64,000 bases of DNA from Eledone cirrhosa (GCA_964016885.1 OZ024746.1:25854001-25918000), one strand, 5' to 3'. Numbered from the stretch's first letter, positions 13,461 through 26,574 are shown. Made by a program: numbers and translations. Notes: a model not told the origin generated them from the sequence alone.

Positions 13461-13839
13461 CTCCTGTTGTCAGAAAAGCAGCGACACTTCAGCCATATCA
13501 GCAATCACAAAAGATAATGGAAACATTGTTTCCTTGTCTGATATACTGATTGGTTCCTTTCTTTTGCTGGGAATTGTGCTTGGTGCACGGAATCAATTAA
13601 CTAGAAAGAAAGAAATATGGAAAGGAATTTTATTTGAGACAAAATCTTCAACTTTTCATTTATTCAGTATAATTAGCAATATAGAAGATACAATATATTG
13701 TTGTCAGAAAACAGAGTTGTCTTCCTTTAGAATAATGAACATTTGAAGCCACACAATTCAAGCTAGACCTAATGTTGAACAATGGTGATGGCTTAACTAG
13801 TGTGTATAAACGATATATAGCTGACTTCATATATAGACA

Positions 13840-14235
13840 TCATCATCATCATCACCACCGTTTCATGTCCGTTCTTCCATACTAGCATGGGTTAGACGGG
13901 TTGTCCTGTTGTGGCCAGTGTTCAGTCGGCTGACCTTGTCTTGCTCATATGGGAACTGATTCTGGCTTGATTTCTACAGCTGGATGCCCTTCCTAACACC
14001 AAACTCATTTACAGTGAGTGCTGCGTGCTTTATTTCCGTGGCACCTACACATCCACTTTACAGTGTGGGCTGGGTGCTTTTTTTGCCGTGGCACCTCCAC
14101 GACCACTTTGCAGTGGGAGGGGGTGGGGGCATATTGTCTATATGCTTCAGCTTCGGCTTGTACCCGTGGGAAGTCGGGTTTTCTGTATTACTGCGTGATG
14201 CCAGAGGTCACGGTCATGTCATCGCCCTTGAGACG
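13840..14235 (-). mobile_element. 3' fragment of RTE LINE family B
   Basis: Colinear with 23518-23895; (CAT)n tail at left. Confidence 0.85.
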
Positions 14236-14452
14236 ATATAGACAATATATAGCTAACTCCATAAAAATTACAAGTTTAATTAGAAACAACCACCAAGTAT
14301 CAAAGTTCAATATGGCACTTTTAAATGTTTTATTTTTAATATATCTGAGGATTGAAAGCAAAACCTTTTGCTTTTAAGAAACCACTTGTAAATGGAATAA
14401 TTGCCTTATGTTGTTTATTACATAATAATAATAATTATATATATATATATAT

Positions 14453-15130
14453 AAAAACCAAACTACCTTCTACATTCTTTAAGCTAATCGACAAACACTT
14501 CCCTAAACTACACAAATACCATAGAATCTTTAATAGAAGAACTATCAAACTATCTTACTCTACTGCAGCCAACATAGAATCACACATACATAAAATCAAC
14601 CACAAAAATATCTCTTAAGAAAATAACCTACCAACATACACCATAGCACCAAATACAAAATGCAAACACATAACAACATTGCAACCACAAACACATCAAG
14701 GCGCATCACAACAAAACACTAATAGGCCTAAATCTCAACCCACCCACAACAAAATACAAAACCGCAATGGAGAACCTGCACACAGAAAAGCCTCCGACTG
14801 TAACTGCCACCTACCGGATAAGTGCCCTCTGCAAAATAGATGCCTGGATTCGGGTATGGTGTACCTGTGTACTGTAAATTCAGGCAACTCTACTTGGCAC
14901 TAAATAGGTTCTATGGCTGGGGAGTTAAAAAAAAGGCGGTACGTCCACAGACACTCCATGAAGAACTGTAGACTGGAGAACTCTATGACACTCGCCAATA
15001 AAATCTGGCAGCTTAAAAACACAAACCATGGAAAAATTTGGAGCTATTCCATATTTTAAGGTACGACAAGATGCTGCTTAACAGCAAAATAGAAAGATCA
15101 ATTTTCTGTAGGCATAAAATAGCTACCAAG
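14453..15130 (+). pseudogene. PLE RT thumb/linker and GIY-YIG endonuclease, disrupted
   Basis: Motifs above, interrupted by stop codons. Confidence 0.8.
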
Positions 15131-15794
15131 TTCACAAATTTCAAACCACCGTGATTCGAGTCAGCAATCCCAAAATTAGAACTGAACCACCTGGATTTTA
15201 ATGTATGGAATACACACCATCGCACCGCTATTAGCTGTCAAACAGCCAACTGGTCACTAGATCATAAATCTCTTAACATCTCTTTCACCCCCTCTCCCTA
15301 ACCCCCCCCCCCCCGCATCAACCTCATTAAGACAAGACAATCAGCAAAACATTTACGACACACATTTGTCAAACCTCCCTTCACCATCCACCCTTAGCCC
15401 TTAGATCTCATACTAGTATCTCCCAATTAATCCCTAATTTATTGCTTTTTCTTTTATCTGTCACTACCTCAGACTCTCTATACGGATCTATGTATGTTTC
15501 GAATATGACTTTTCATGTTAGCACTAAACCCACTACAGAATCCTTATATGGACACTTACTCACCACCACCACTATCATATTCTGTACTTATATGCTCTCA
15601 CTTATCCTTATTTCTTTTATATTTGTATTATTTTTCCATTTTCTTACTTTTTTTACTGTATCTTTTTTCTTATCTTTTACTTTTTACATCTGTAACTTCT
15701 CTACCTATTTATCATATATATTTTATTATTGATGTTATTGTTTTGATTATACGCTATCTCTCTATATATATCTTGCCTTGTGTGAATTATTTTT

Positions 15795-15905
15795 GTATTC
15801 TGAGGAGTTGATCAGAGGTAAATAATGTAATGGAGATTGAGTGACGCAACTTCGAGCGATTAGCGACCTCTAGACTCACCTGATCAATGAAATAATTGTC
15901 AATAC
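15795..15905 (+). ncRNA. Type I hammerhead ribozyme with ~80-nt stem II
   Basis: gtatt-CTGAGGA-gttgatcag...ctgatcaat-GAAA-taattg-TC-aatac. Confidence 0.8.
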
Positions 15906-16190
15906 CTGAAATAAAGCCCTTGTTGTACAGTCAACCATGTTACTCTTCATTCTTTCACTATATGTATATATATATATATATAAAAGAAGGCGTTGTAGTT
16001 TTGCTTGAAGCATTGTGTTAGAGTATAAAGTAGGATGTTATTTGAAGGCTATGACAATGCAAAATGGATGGTAGATTTTGGAATAACAGGTAACACACCA
16101 ACACCTTTGTTGCCTTCAATTTATTCCAAATTCTGCTGTCCATTTAGCATTGTTGTAGCCTTTGAATAAAATACTACTGCATATAAATAA

Positions 16191-16267
<77 letters not shown>

Positions 16268-16286
16268 TACATACATATATATATAT

Positions 16287-17382
16287 GTAGGAGGTGAGTT
16301 TTATTGTAGCGCAATAAAGCAATGCAAATATCGTTGTAGGACTGGAGTATAACTAATATAAGATCAAAAGATAGTTAAAAGAGTTCCAAGTATTTTATTA
16401 TGCGCATTTCAAAAACAAATATCATCATGGGATGATATCTGCGTTCTCGTTAGATAAAATAGGGAGACATGATATGAAGCTTAAAAAAACACTTGTGAGC
16501 AGTGAAGTTTTAAATCAACATATGAAAAATAAACTAAGATGGATATATGAGATTGGGAAAAAAATGAGGGGGGGGGGGGGTAGTAGGAAAAGGTAAGGAA
16601 GAGGAAGAGGAGGAGATGAGAGTAAAGAATGGTGGGGGAGGAGTATAAGATGGAAGGATGAGAGAGGAGGAGAAATGGGTGATAGAGAGAGAGAGAAACG
16701 GCCTTTACAACTGAAAAAATATTGTCTCACAGAGAGAAGTTAAAAAAACCGTTGGAAGATAATAGATAATTTAAAAGATTTTAAAAGTTAATGAGGTTTA
16801 TGCATGAAGAAAAAGGAAGTAAGAATAGCATTAAATTAAGGGTTGTATATTGAAGAGTTTAATAATATGTGCGAAAAAAAGAATTTATTAATATGTATTA
16901 TTAAAATAAAAATATTAAGGATATAATGTGAAAGAAGGAGAAGAATAAATGAGTTATGAACTTAGAGGAATTAGTTAGGGTTTAAGTTTGTTTTTATGTA
17001 TTGTAATATGTAAACGTAAATAGTAGGTTTAAAATGAGCGCGGAAGGAGAGATGAAAAAAGAAAGTTTAAGGAAGAAAATATCTAACGTCAAAAAGTATA
17101 TATGTTTACGAAAATTTTCTAATGGTAATATTAAAAAAGAAATTAGTTATGTTTAAGTTTGTTTTTATGTATTGTAATAGGTAATATTACAATACATAAA
17201 AACAATATGTAATATTACAATACATAAAAACAAACTTAAACCCTAACTAATTTCTTTTTTAATATATTATAATATTACCATTAGAAAATTTTCGTAAACA
17301 TATATACTTTTTGACGTTAGATATTTTCTTCCTTAAACTTTCTTTTTTCTTCTCTCCTTTCGTGCTCATTTTAAACCTACTA
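16287..17382 (-). mobile_element. HHR-bearing PLE/retrozyme-like element (tgcgca family) with inverted duplication ~16970-17180 / 17185-17382
   Basis: Homologous to 42103-42325, 43035-43445 and 45934-46478. Confidence 0.7.
16391..16461 (-). ncRNA. Hammerhead ribozyme, mutated core (CTAACGA)
   Basis: tattttat-CTAACGA-stem II-GAAA-tgcgca-TA-ataaaata on minus strand. Confidence 0.7.
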
Positions 17383-17384
17383 TT

Positions 17385-17904
17385 GTATGTCTTCTTGGGA
17401 CGACCAGCGTTTCTTGCTCCATGAGATGGACTCCATAACAACACATCACCTGCTATTTCTTCCTTGCTGCACCAACAGTGGCCAGCAAATCTGAGTCTCT
17501 GTCCACGTATTGACCTGCTGATAGGTGGTATATTGCCATAGAGATCCTTATTTGTTGGGTGTTCCCTCCAAGACACGTTTAAAGCAGCGCGGAGCAAAAC
17601 AGAATATATTTGCCTGAACCAAGACTCCTCAGTTGGTATGCGAAGTCTAAACGGCGATATAATCAAGCAAGTTGACAACTTCAAATACCTGGGTAGCTAT
17701 ATTGCCTCCACAGAACATGATGTTAACATCAGACTGGGAAAAGCCTGGGGAGCATTGAATGCAATGGAAAAGATATGGAAATCAAACTTGCCGGCCAAAC
17801 TGAAAAGGAATTTCTTCAGAGCTGCTGTGGAGTCTGTGCTTGTTTATGGCTCTATCATTTGGACGCTAACGTCAAAACTGGAGAAAAAGCTAGATGGGGC
17901 ATAT
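17385..17904. mobile_element. RTE-like LINE fragment with 5' inversion
   Basis: Plus 17596-17904 encodes KTEYI...FKYLGS...LDGAY; minus 17596-17385 continues LRAALNVSW...RLRFAGHCW...GRPKKTY. Confidence 0.85.
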
Positions 17905-17926
17905 TACATATATATATATATATATA

Positions 17927-18342
17927 GTAGTGAAACATAGGCTGTGACTGTGGAGGACATGTGTAGACTGGAGAGAAATGAAGTAACCATGTTTCATTGG
18001 ATGTGCAATGTAAATGTGAGAGAAAGGCAGAGCTTGGACAAGCTGAAAGAGAAGCTGGGTTTAAGGGGAATCAGAGATGATGTGCAGGAGAGAAGACTGC
18101 GTTGGTATGGACATGTGATGCACATGGACAATGACCGATGAGTGAAGAAATCCCAGTGGAAGGAAGCTGCAATAGAGGACAACCAAGAAAAACCTAGGCA
18201 AAGGTTGAGAGAGTGGACCTCAAATCACTAAAACTGGCAGAGGAGATGACAAAGGAATGCGACAAGTGGAGAGATGCCGTGCTGAGAAGGAACCGTCCAA
18301 CCCATGCAAGAATGGAAAAGTGGATGTAAAAGCGATGATGAT
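17927..18342 (+). mobile_element. Degenerate RTE LINE 3' fragment
   Basis: RLERNE...RRLRWYGHVM, stops, (GAT)n tail running into TA. Confidence 0.85.
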
Positions 18343-18894
18343 ATATATGCAAATATGTGTCTTGCTGAAGGAGACAATGTACCATCAGAAACTGAACTCC
18401 CAGTCTTACGACTGTGAGCCAAACACTCAAACAACGAAACTTTCACACACTATACATATACACACACACATATAGTGTGTGTGTATGTGTGTAAGTGAGA
18501 GTGTATGTGAGTATGTGTGTGTATGTGTATATATGTGTATATGAGAGAGAGAGAGAGAGAGTGAGAGAGAGAGAGAGAGTGTGGATGTGTGTGTATATAT
18601 GAGTTATATTGTAAACTTAAGAGTGGGTCTCTCAGGGCTCTGTCTGTAAGATTATAATTTAGTTGGAACCATACCTTTCATTGTATTATAATTATTCTTT
18701 AGCAGATCAATGTAATCCTTGATAAGACTGTCTGTTTAACCACCAGACACCCAGCCAAATGGTGTGGATGGTTGCCAACAACGAAACTCAGCTGCCACAC
18801 ACACACACACACATATGCACACACACACACACACACACATATATAATATTATATATTCTTTCATTCACGCAAGCTTCAAACAACAAAACTATAA

Positions 18895-19075
18895 TAATTG
18901 TTTCTACTTTTGGCACAAGGCCAGCATTACCCAGTACATTACTGGTACTTTATTTTATCGACCCCGTAAGGATGAAAGGCAAAGTTTACCTCGACGGGAT
19001 TTGAACTCAGACTGTAAAGGGACGTAACTATGCTAGAAAGCATGGCGTCCAACCCTCTACCAATACTGCCAATTC
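18895..19075 (-). mobile_element. SINE (same family as 12790 array)
   Basis: Reverse complement of consensus; further copies at 27175-27358, 35880-35990, 47482-47612, 59135-59315. Confidence 0.85.
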
Positions 19076-20097
19076 ACAATAATCATACTTAATATGGAAT
19101 GACAACTCTTAATAGCTTCAACATAAACATTTCCTCAATATCTTGACACGATTTTATAATGAACAGGTTTCATGTCTGCATGTGTTTGTGTGTGTGTATA
19201 TCCAACAGAGCAGAAAGGGCTCTTCAGTTGGGACTATGACCAACAACCTCTCTAGTGACTGATATGAATATGCACCCAGTGTACCCCATAAGGTGATAGG
19301 CAACAGGAAGGGCACCTCGCTTTAGAAACCATGCCTAAAAAGGTTGAGAGGATGACTCAGCTGTGTCAACAACACAATAACCTCCTGAGTTTTGGTGATC
19401 GACACAATAAATCCACCCAGTACATGCTGTAAAATGTTGGTGATAGGAAAGTAGACTTAATCCATTACTCTGTTTAACCTGGTCCTTTGTTGCCTTTAGT
19501 AAAGTCCACTATGTTAGAAGTATTTGGACTAGGTTTTTAGTTCCCTCCACTACCACTAATTCCAGAGGCCCCTATGAAAGGTCACAGACAGTTCCTCTCA
19601 ATCTTCTAAGCTGTAAAGATAAACCAAAACAGTTTTGTCATTTTTACTGATTGAATTATTGAAGATAAAGATAACAAATTTAAATAAAAGTAATTTGTAT
19701 AAAAAAATATTGAATGGAATTATTAATTTGGATAAAATTGATTTTCATGTCATATGTTATTACAGAGAAAGAAATCATTAAAGCCCCTAATTATGAGATA
19801 GGAGACCTCCTGTGTGACAGGAGACCCTTAATTATATGATAGGAAGGAACTAATGGAAAATAAAATGGTAATCATCAACGTAGAAATAAAAATTAATTAG
19901 TAAAGAAGGAAATTCCAATATAGTCATCATAACCATGCTTCATCTTGTGAACGTCCATTTATATTTTTTCTCTGCTTCAAGTTAGTCATTTATTGTCCAT
20001 TGTTGTTGTGGTTGGTTTTGCTTTTAATACCAGGGACATCATCATTAGCATTATCATCATCGTCATCATCATCATTATCTTTATCATCATCATTATT

Positions 20098-20140
<43 letters not shown>

Positions 20141-20311
20141 ATGTCATCATTGCCATAAATTTGTCTGCTTTATATAATTCATACAAAATATGTGTGTATG
20201 TATGTATATGTTAGCCAACACACTTCAATCCGCCGATTTCTATTCTTTCAGGTAAATTTTACCTGCTGTTGTCATTGACGGCATTTTGGTGTTTTAATAA
20301 CTTCCTTGCAT

Positions 20312-20347
<36 letters not shown>

Positions 20348-20409
20348 GGGAGGCGGTTTTGCTGGTTCAAGAAAAATTCTACAGGCACGAAAAGGCTGTT
20401 TGACAGAAT

Positions 20410-20515
20410 ATACATACATATATGTATGTATATATATATATTTATATATGTATATATACATATATATACATATATATATACATATATATATATATAAATA
20501 TATATATATATAAAT

Positions 20516-20584
<69 letters not shown>

Positions 20585-20617
20585 TATATATATACATATA
20601 TATACATATATACATAC

Positions 20618-20692
<75 letters not shown>

Positions 20693-20773
20693 CATATAAA
20701 TATATATATACATATAAATATATATATACATATATATACCTATATATATATATATATATATACATATATATAC

Positions 20774-20812
<39 letters not shown>

Positions 20813-20827
20813 CTTATATATATATAC

Positions 20828-20895
<68 letters not shown>

Positions 20896-20912
20896 ATATT
20901 TATATATATATA
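20410..20912. repeat. (TA)n-rich microsatellite
   Basis: Direct reading. Confidence 0.95.
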
Positions 20913-20976
20913 AGAATAAACGTGCTGCGGGGTTGCTAATGGGTTACATATGAATAAAGTTAGTCCTTCATCAGTG

Positions 20977-21007
<31 letters not shown>

Positions 21008-21330
21008 AGTATGTATACGTACATACATATATGTATACAGACGTACAGTAGTATGTATATATATATACATACATGCACACATATGAGACAGATGTTGTTC
21101 TGGGAGTTGATTTTCTGCTCTTATTTGTCCTCCCGGTACGGATTCCAAGAAGAACTCCGTGTCTCTTCTACAAATTTGGAGGTTCAAAATTATTTATAAT
21201 CAATTATTCTGAAAATAAATAATGGAAATATAGTCAATGTTTTTATGAAAACAAGAGTGACAACGGAAGTAAAAGAAATTTGCATAAAATTAGCAGTTGA
21301 AAATTGCGAACAAATATTGTCCGCACCCTG

Positions 21331-21361
<31 letters not shown>

Positions 21362-21911
21362 GGTGGCTGCCAACTCGTTTTCGAGTACGGCCACTACTTT
21401 ATATCCATGTAGGAGAACCCCTACCGATGCGCTGAACGAGTGTGACTTTTTAGTGCAGCTAGCGACTTGAAAACTCTGGTACAAACACTACACCTGTGAC
21501 AATTATTGATACATAGTGCTGGGCCTATGGTACCATGTGACAACAAGTGCAGAGAGATCTCTATATATAAAGCAATGCCTGTGCGGTGAAGCTTTTATAG
21601 TGAGCAAAGGCACTGCTCAAAGCCAATCCCACTCTCTTAACCAAGATGATATTTACCAAAAAGAAGAACAAGTCAACATCATTGGATACCATCAGGGTTG
21701 CAGGTGTTATATCAGAGTTTTCCTTCTCCTAGAATTCTGCCTTGACAAAGGCTAAGGGGTGATCTCTCCCGGTGATTTTGGATGGCCATTGACTCTTAAG
21801 AGCTCCTTTGCCCTTTGACAGGTTTTGTTTTTAGTCCTGCAGGATGTCCAAAGTCACCCTCCTCACCAAGAAACCTTGGTGGGGTTGCCAGTTTAGTCGC
21901 CAACGATCCGA

Positions 21912-22066
<155 letters not shown>

Positions 22067-22219
22067 CATATATAAATATATATATATATATATATACATA
22101 TTTACATATATATATATATGTATATATATATAAATAAAAATTGATGAGCAGAACAAACAAACATTAAACAATCCTTTAAATAAATTAAAAAATTATTCAA
22201 ATATCTACCTGTTCAGAAT

Positions 22220-22298
22220 GCTATTACCGGCGGTTTCCATTTACAAAAGATTAGAAATTCAGAGAATTTCTAACGGAAAGTAAATTTCATCAGATAGC
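22220..22298 (-). ncRNA. Type I hammerhead ribozyme
   Basis: gctat-CTGATGA-aatttac..ttagaaattc/gaatttctaa..gtaaatg-GAAA-ccgccgg-TA-atagc. Confidence 0.85.
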
Positions 22299-23475
22299 TA
22301 TTTCCATCCTATAGGACTAAGTCCCACGGTCTGCAAATATAATACCAACTACCAGCTCGTATGAGTTATGGCCGTTAAAGTGACCCACACGTGAACCGGC
22401 CGCTAGTGAAAGCGGGAATATTACAGACGTGTTGATGGCTTTGCTGCTAAAAAAATAGCAGTAAGCAACAACAAATTTTTTCTCTACAGAGATTGGAGAA
22501 TATATAAAAATGAGGTAAATATCTCTCTGAGTACTAAGTACCCATAGAGATATATAGGGTGTCTATAATATAATTGTTGTTCTATGGTACTAATTCGAGA
22601 TACCAGAACTATAAAAATTGATGAGCAGAACAAACAATATGCACCAAATAATTTATACAAATGATTTATAGTGTTCTCACCCAAGATAATCAGCGACATA
22701 TCATACATCTGAAGAAATTTCTTTTTTCGCTCTCCGATGAGGCTTATTTGACTTTAATAGAACGTGTCCCTAGTCGAAGTGGCATCCCTTTCATGTGGAC
22801 CCGTGGCACGTACCATGCTTGCCATACCCTAGTTATCCTCTGATATACACACAAACAGACACACACACATCCGACTGGCTTCAACACAGTGGTTTCCGTT
22901 TGGCAACTGTCATATATAAAGCATTATTCAACCTGAGGCTATAATAGAAGGCATTTGCAAAAGGTAGCATACAGTGGGACTGAAGCCCCAAACCCACATA
23001 GCTACATAGTGAACTCCTTAACCACACAGCTATACTTGTACCTTTGACAATAACGATAGCAATGTTCTTGTGTTGTGGTATATAAGTGACCTTCCGATGA
23101 AACAATTTTTTAAATAAATCTCAATAAAAATATATATGTTGATGGATGTATTAATTTGTAAACATTGACAACCCTAACCCCACTACCACAACTCTCCCCC
23201 AATAATATAATCAGGAGTGTTTAATTGGAGTATTAACCCTACACAAACCATTATCATATTAGACATTTCATTGTCGATTATTGCTCTTCTTGTTTAACTT
23301 TTCTATTCCCCTCCGACATATCTAACTAATCAATTCATCATAGCTGCCACTGACACAACTGCCATCGCCATCGCCACCACCGCCACCATCACCATCACCA
23401 CCACCGCCATCACCACCACCACCACCGCCATATATAAAGCTTTATTCTACCTGAGACTATAGTAGAAGGCATTTG

Positions 23476-23517
<42 letters not shown>

Positions 23518-23519
<2 letters not shown>

Positions 23520-25208
23520 TCATCATCATCACCGTTTTACGTCCGTTCTTCCACGCTAGCATGGGTTAGACGGGTTGTCCTGTTGTGGGCAGTGTCTGGT
23601 CGGCTGACCATGCCTTGCTCATACAGGAACTGATCTGGCTTGATTTCTACAGCTGGATGCCCTTCCTAACACCAACCTCATTTACAGTGAGTGCTGGGTG
23701 CTTTTTCGTGGCGCCTACACGTCCACTTTACAGTGTGGGCTGGGTGCTTTTTTGCCGTGGCACCTCCACGACCACCTTGCGGTGGGGGGGGGGGGGCATA
23801 TTGTTTATATGCTTCAGCATGTACCCATGGGAGGTCGGGTACCCTGTATTACTGCGTGACGCCAGAAGTCACGGTCGTGTGTCATTGACTTTGAGAGGTG
23901 TAGTTGGGTAAGGTCGGCTTTTATCACCTCATCCCAAGTCATCTTGGGTCTCCCCACTCCGCGGTTTCCATCAACTTCTAGTGCTCTGCACCTTTTTATG
24001 CAGCTGTCATCCTTCATACGCATCACATGTCCATACCAGCGTAACCGCCTCTCCTGCACGCAGCATTTGATTCCTCTTATGCTCAGTCTCTCTCTCAATT
24101 CCTTTATGCTTTGTCGTTCACGTATATTACTGTTACACATCCATCGGAGCATGCAGGCTTCGTTTCTCTCTAATCTACGTAAGTCTTCCACCTTCAGCGC
24201 CCAGGTCTCACTACCATGCAACATCGCTGTTCGGATACACGCATCATACAGTCTGCCTTTCATTCTGAGGAAGAAGCCTTTTGCAGCTAGCAGTGGTAGT
24301 AGTTCCCTAAACTTCTTCCATCCCGTTCTTACCCTAGTTATTGTACTTTCTGAGCACCCACCTCCGTTGCTAATTCGGTCACCTAGGTAGCAGAAGCTGT
24401 CTACTGTTTCTACAGGGCCCTCCCAGAGATTGGTGGTACTTGTTTCCTGTGGCTGTTTGCTTGCTGTTTCAGCACAGCTGCTGCATGTGAATCCTACATT
24501 CTTAATTAAGCTTCCTGAGATCCCGCTACATCTCTTGTGTACCCATTGTTTGCATTTGGGGCAAAGAATGGAGTTCCTACCTACACCTTTCCTACATACT
24601 GAGCAAGGCCATTTCCCTGAGGGGATCTGGGTTCTGTTTTCTCGTCTACTTATAAGGACCTTAGTCTTTGTCATGTTGACTTTGAGGCCCTTTCTCTCTA
24701 GTCCCTGCTTCCAGGTTTGGAATTTATTCTCTAGTTCTACCATAGATTCAGCTATGAGTGCGAGGTCATCAGCATACAGGAGTTCCCATGGGCATCCGGT
24801 CTTAAACTCCTCTGTTATTGCCTGCAGGACTATGATGAACAGGAGAGGGCTAAGAACAGAGCCCTGGTGGACCCCAACCTGTACGCTAAATTCCTCGCTA
24901 TACTCATTGCCAATCCTAACTTTGCTGACTGCTCCCCTATACATGGCTTGTACCGCTTTCACAAGCCATTCATCTACTCCTAGTTTTCTAAGAGCCCACC
25001 AGATTACTGCACGTGGAACTCTGTCAAAGGCTTTCTCAAGGTCGACAAATGCCAAGTAGAGTGGCTTACTTTTAGCTAGGTACTTTTCCTGTAATTGCCT
25101 CACAAGGAAGAGCGCATCAGTGGTGCCTTTCCCTGGTACAAACCCAAATTGCATCTCGTCTATATTCACCCGGTCCCTAATCAGCTGTGCTATAACTCTT
25201 TCTGTTAC
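23518..25208 (-). mobile_element. 5'-truncated RTE LINE, family B, both ends at TA tracts
   Basis: RT ORF, 3'UTR and (GAT)n tail. Confidence 0.95.
23814..25208 (-). CDS. RTE LINE reverse transcriptase, partial open frame (real homology starts ~25208)
   Basis: QFGFVPGKGTTDA, FVDLEKAFD, QGSVLSP, YADD, YLGD, RLRWYGHV. Confidence 0.9.
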   Translation of the reverse strand, partial: VTERVIAQLIRDRVNIDEMQFGFVPGKGTTDALFLVRQLQEKYLAKSKPLYLAFVDLEKAFDRVPRAVIWWALRKLGVDEWLVKAVQAMYRGAVSKVRIGNEYSEEFSVQVGVHQGSVLSPLLFIIVLQAITEEFKTGCPWELLYADDLALIAESMVELENKFQTWKQGLERKGLKVNMTKTKVLISRRENRTQIPSGKWPCSVCRKGVGRNSILCPKCKQWVHKRCSGISGSLIKNVGFTCSSCAETASKQPQETSTTNLWEGPVETVDSFCYLGDRISNGGGCSESTITRVRTGWKKFRELLPLLAAKGFFLRMKGRLYDACIRTAMLHGSETWALKVEDLRRLERNEACMLRWMCNSNIRERQSIKELRERLSIRGIKCCVQERRLRWYGHVMRMKDDSCIKRCRALEVDGNRGVGRPKMTWDEVIKADLTQLHLSKSMTHDRDFWRHAVIQGTRPPMGTC

Positions 25209-25234
25209 TAAATATATATATAAATATATATATT

Positions 25235-25610
25235 TAGCATTGGGAGCTGGACCAACCGTTGAACAGGACGTCACTGTGTGGTGCCAAAGTTCCCGTCTTC
25301 CACATCTAGAATAAGGAGCAGGTATTGCAATAGCCTGGGATTCAAGGGCCCTCAACTCTTCAACAAGCTGCCGAGGGATCTGAGAGATTTGCATGACGTG
25401 GAGGTGGATGTCTTCATGAAACATCTCGACCCCTTGTTATCCAGGATCCCGGATGAGCCCACAGCAAGGCACGAGGGAAACCTAAGGGCAGCAGCAACAA
25501 ACTCCCTCTTACACCAGTGGCCAACCTATACAGGCTGGAGATAAAATGTGTAGCAACAAGGGCGGTGCCCCAGCATGGCCTCAGCCGGATGGCTGAAACA
25601 GGTAAAAGAG
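25235..25610 (+). mobile_element. CR1/L2-group LINE 3' fragment
   Basis: GPQLFNKLPRDLR....F.KHLD.LLSRIPDEP...AATNSL C-terminus; 3' tail ggcggtgccccagcatgg...gaaacaggtaaaagag. Confidence 0.75.
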
Positions 25611-25654
<44 letters not shown>

Positions 25655-26175
25655 TATATATAGTGGCGGACTGGCCAGGTTGCCAGGTTGCCCAATGGCA
25701 AGTGGGGCCCAGGGGGCCCACGGTAGCATTACAAGAACCCACCCACAGTAACATTGCAGGGCCTGCTGTAGTATTTTAGGGGCCAATGTTTGCTTTCAAA
25801 AAATACCTGAATTCTAAGAGAAAGAATAACATTTAAAAAAAATAAATAAAACAATTAAGCAAAGCATTTGGTCAACCAATTCCCCAGGGAATTACTAGAA
25901 ACCAAAATATATGATAGTGCAAATAGCTGGAATCAGTGGTTGCACATTCTACTAAATCTAAAGTTTAGTGTATTCATTCATGCATGCAAACGTACATATA
26001 TAGACACGGACACACAAGCATATATATATTTATATATATGCTTTTTTATTTTTTATTTTTTTATATCTATATATTTATTTTTATTTTTATTTTTATTTGC
26101 TCTTCTTCCCCCTTTTTTCTAAATGTCTTTCCACCACTCCTCTACACACCCTCGGAACTATCTTCCTACCCAATT

Positions 26176-26206
26176 TTCTCCTGAAGAAGGGCTTATGCCC
26201 GAAACG
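26176..26206 (+). ncRNA. Disrupted hammerhead core in TA-flanked cassette
   Basis: CTGAAGA-a-gggc-ttat-gccc-GAAACG; cleavage site and stem I 3' strand replaced by a poly-C run. Confidence 0.55.
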
Positions 26207-26444
26207 CCCCCCCCCCCCACTCTCAAGAGCGTGAACCTAATAAACCTTTATTTGTCTGCCTCTCTGTTTTTGTTTCCGTCCAAGTTTTCACTATATATTT
26301 ATATTTATATAATTACACACACACTACTGACCAAATAATATTTGGTACCAATGGGTTAAAGACATCTGTCAAATCAATTAGTGGTGAAGGTGGTGTATAT
26401 ATATAGAGAGAGAGATATATAGATATAGATATATAGATACACAG

Positions 26445-26540
<96 letters not shown>

Positions 26541-26574
26541 TCAGTGAGTGCGAAAGACCAGAGGTCATTATTGA

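Larger units (their letters stand above)
14453..15960 (+). mobile_element. 5'-truncated Penelope-like element (C-terminal GIY-YIG, Hydra-type) with 3' pseudo-LTR, between (TA)n tracts
   Basis: FFKLIDKHFP..H.IFNRRTIKLSYS; CNC..PDKCPLQNRCL..GMVY...*IG....LKKR...H...LANKIWQLK; hammerhead downstream. Confidence 0.85.

Noticed and set aside
13462-13600. Possible minus-strand exon after a polypyrimidine-AG
   Set aside because: Stops in all three frames; no support as a coding exon
16029-16178. Hairpin whose seven transitions all give G-U pairs, suggesting ADAR-edited retrocopy or pre-miRNA
   Set aside because: Six of the seven form TG/CA pairs, and the homologue near 42535 keeps CG at one such site, so CpG decay of an old inverted duplication suffices
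22728-22785. ccgatgaggct...agtcgaag hammerhead-like string
   Set aside because: Both core boxes degenerate and no stem I/III pairing
25209-25424. N-terminal extension of the 536-aa RT ORF
   Set aside because: Read-through across a TA tract into the antisense strand of an unrelated CR1-type fragment
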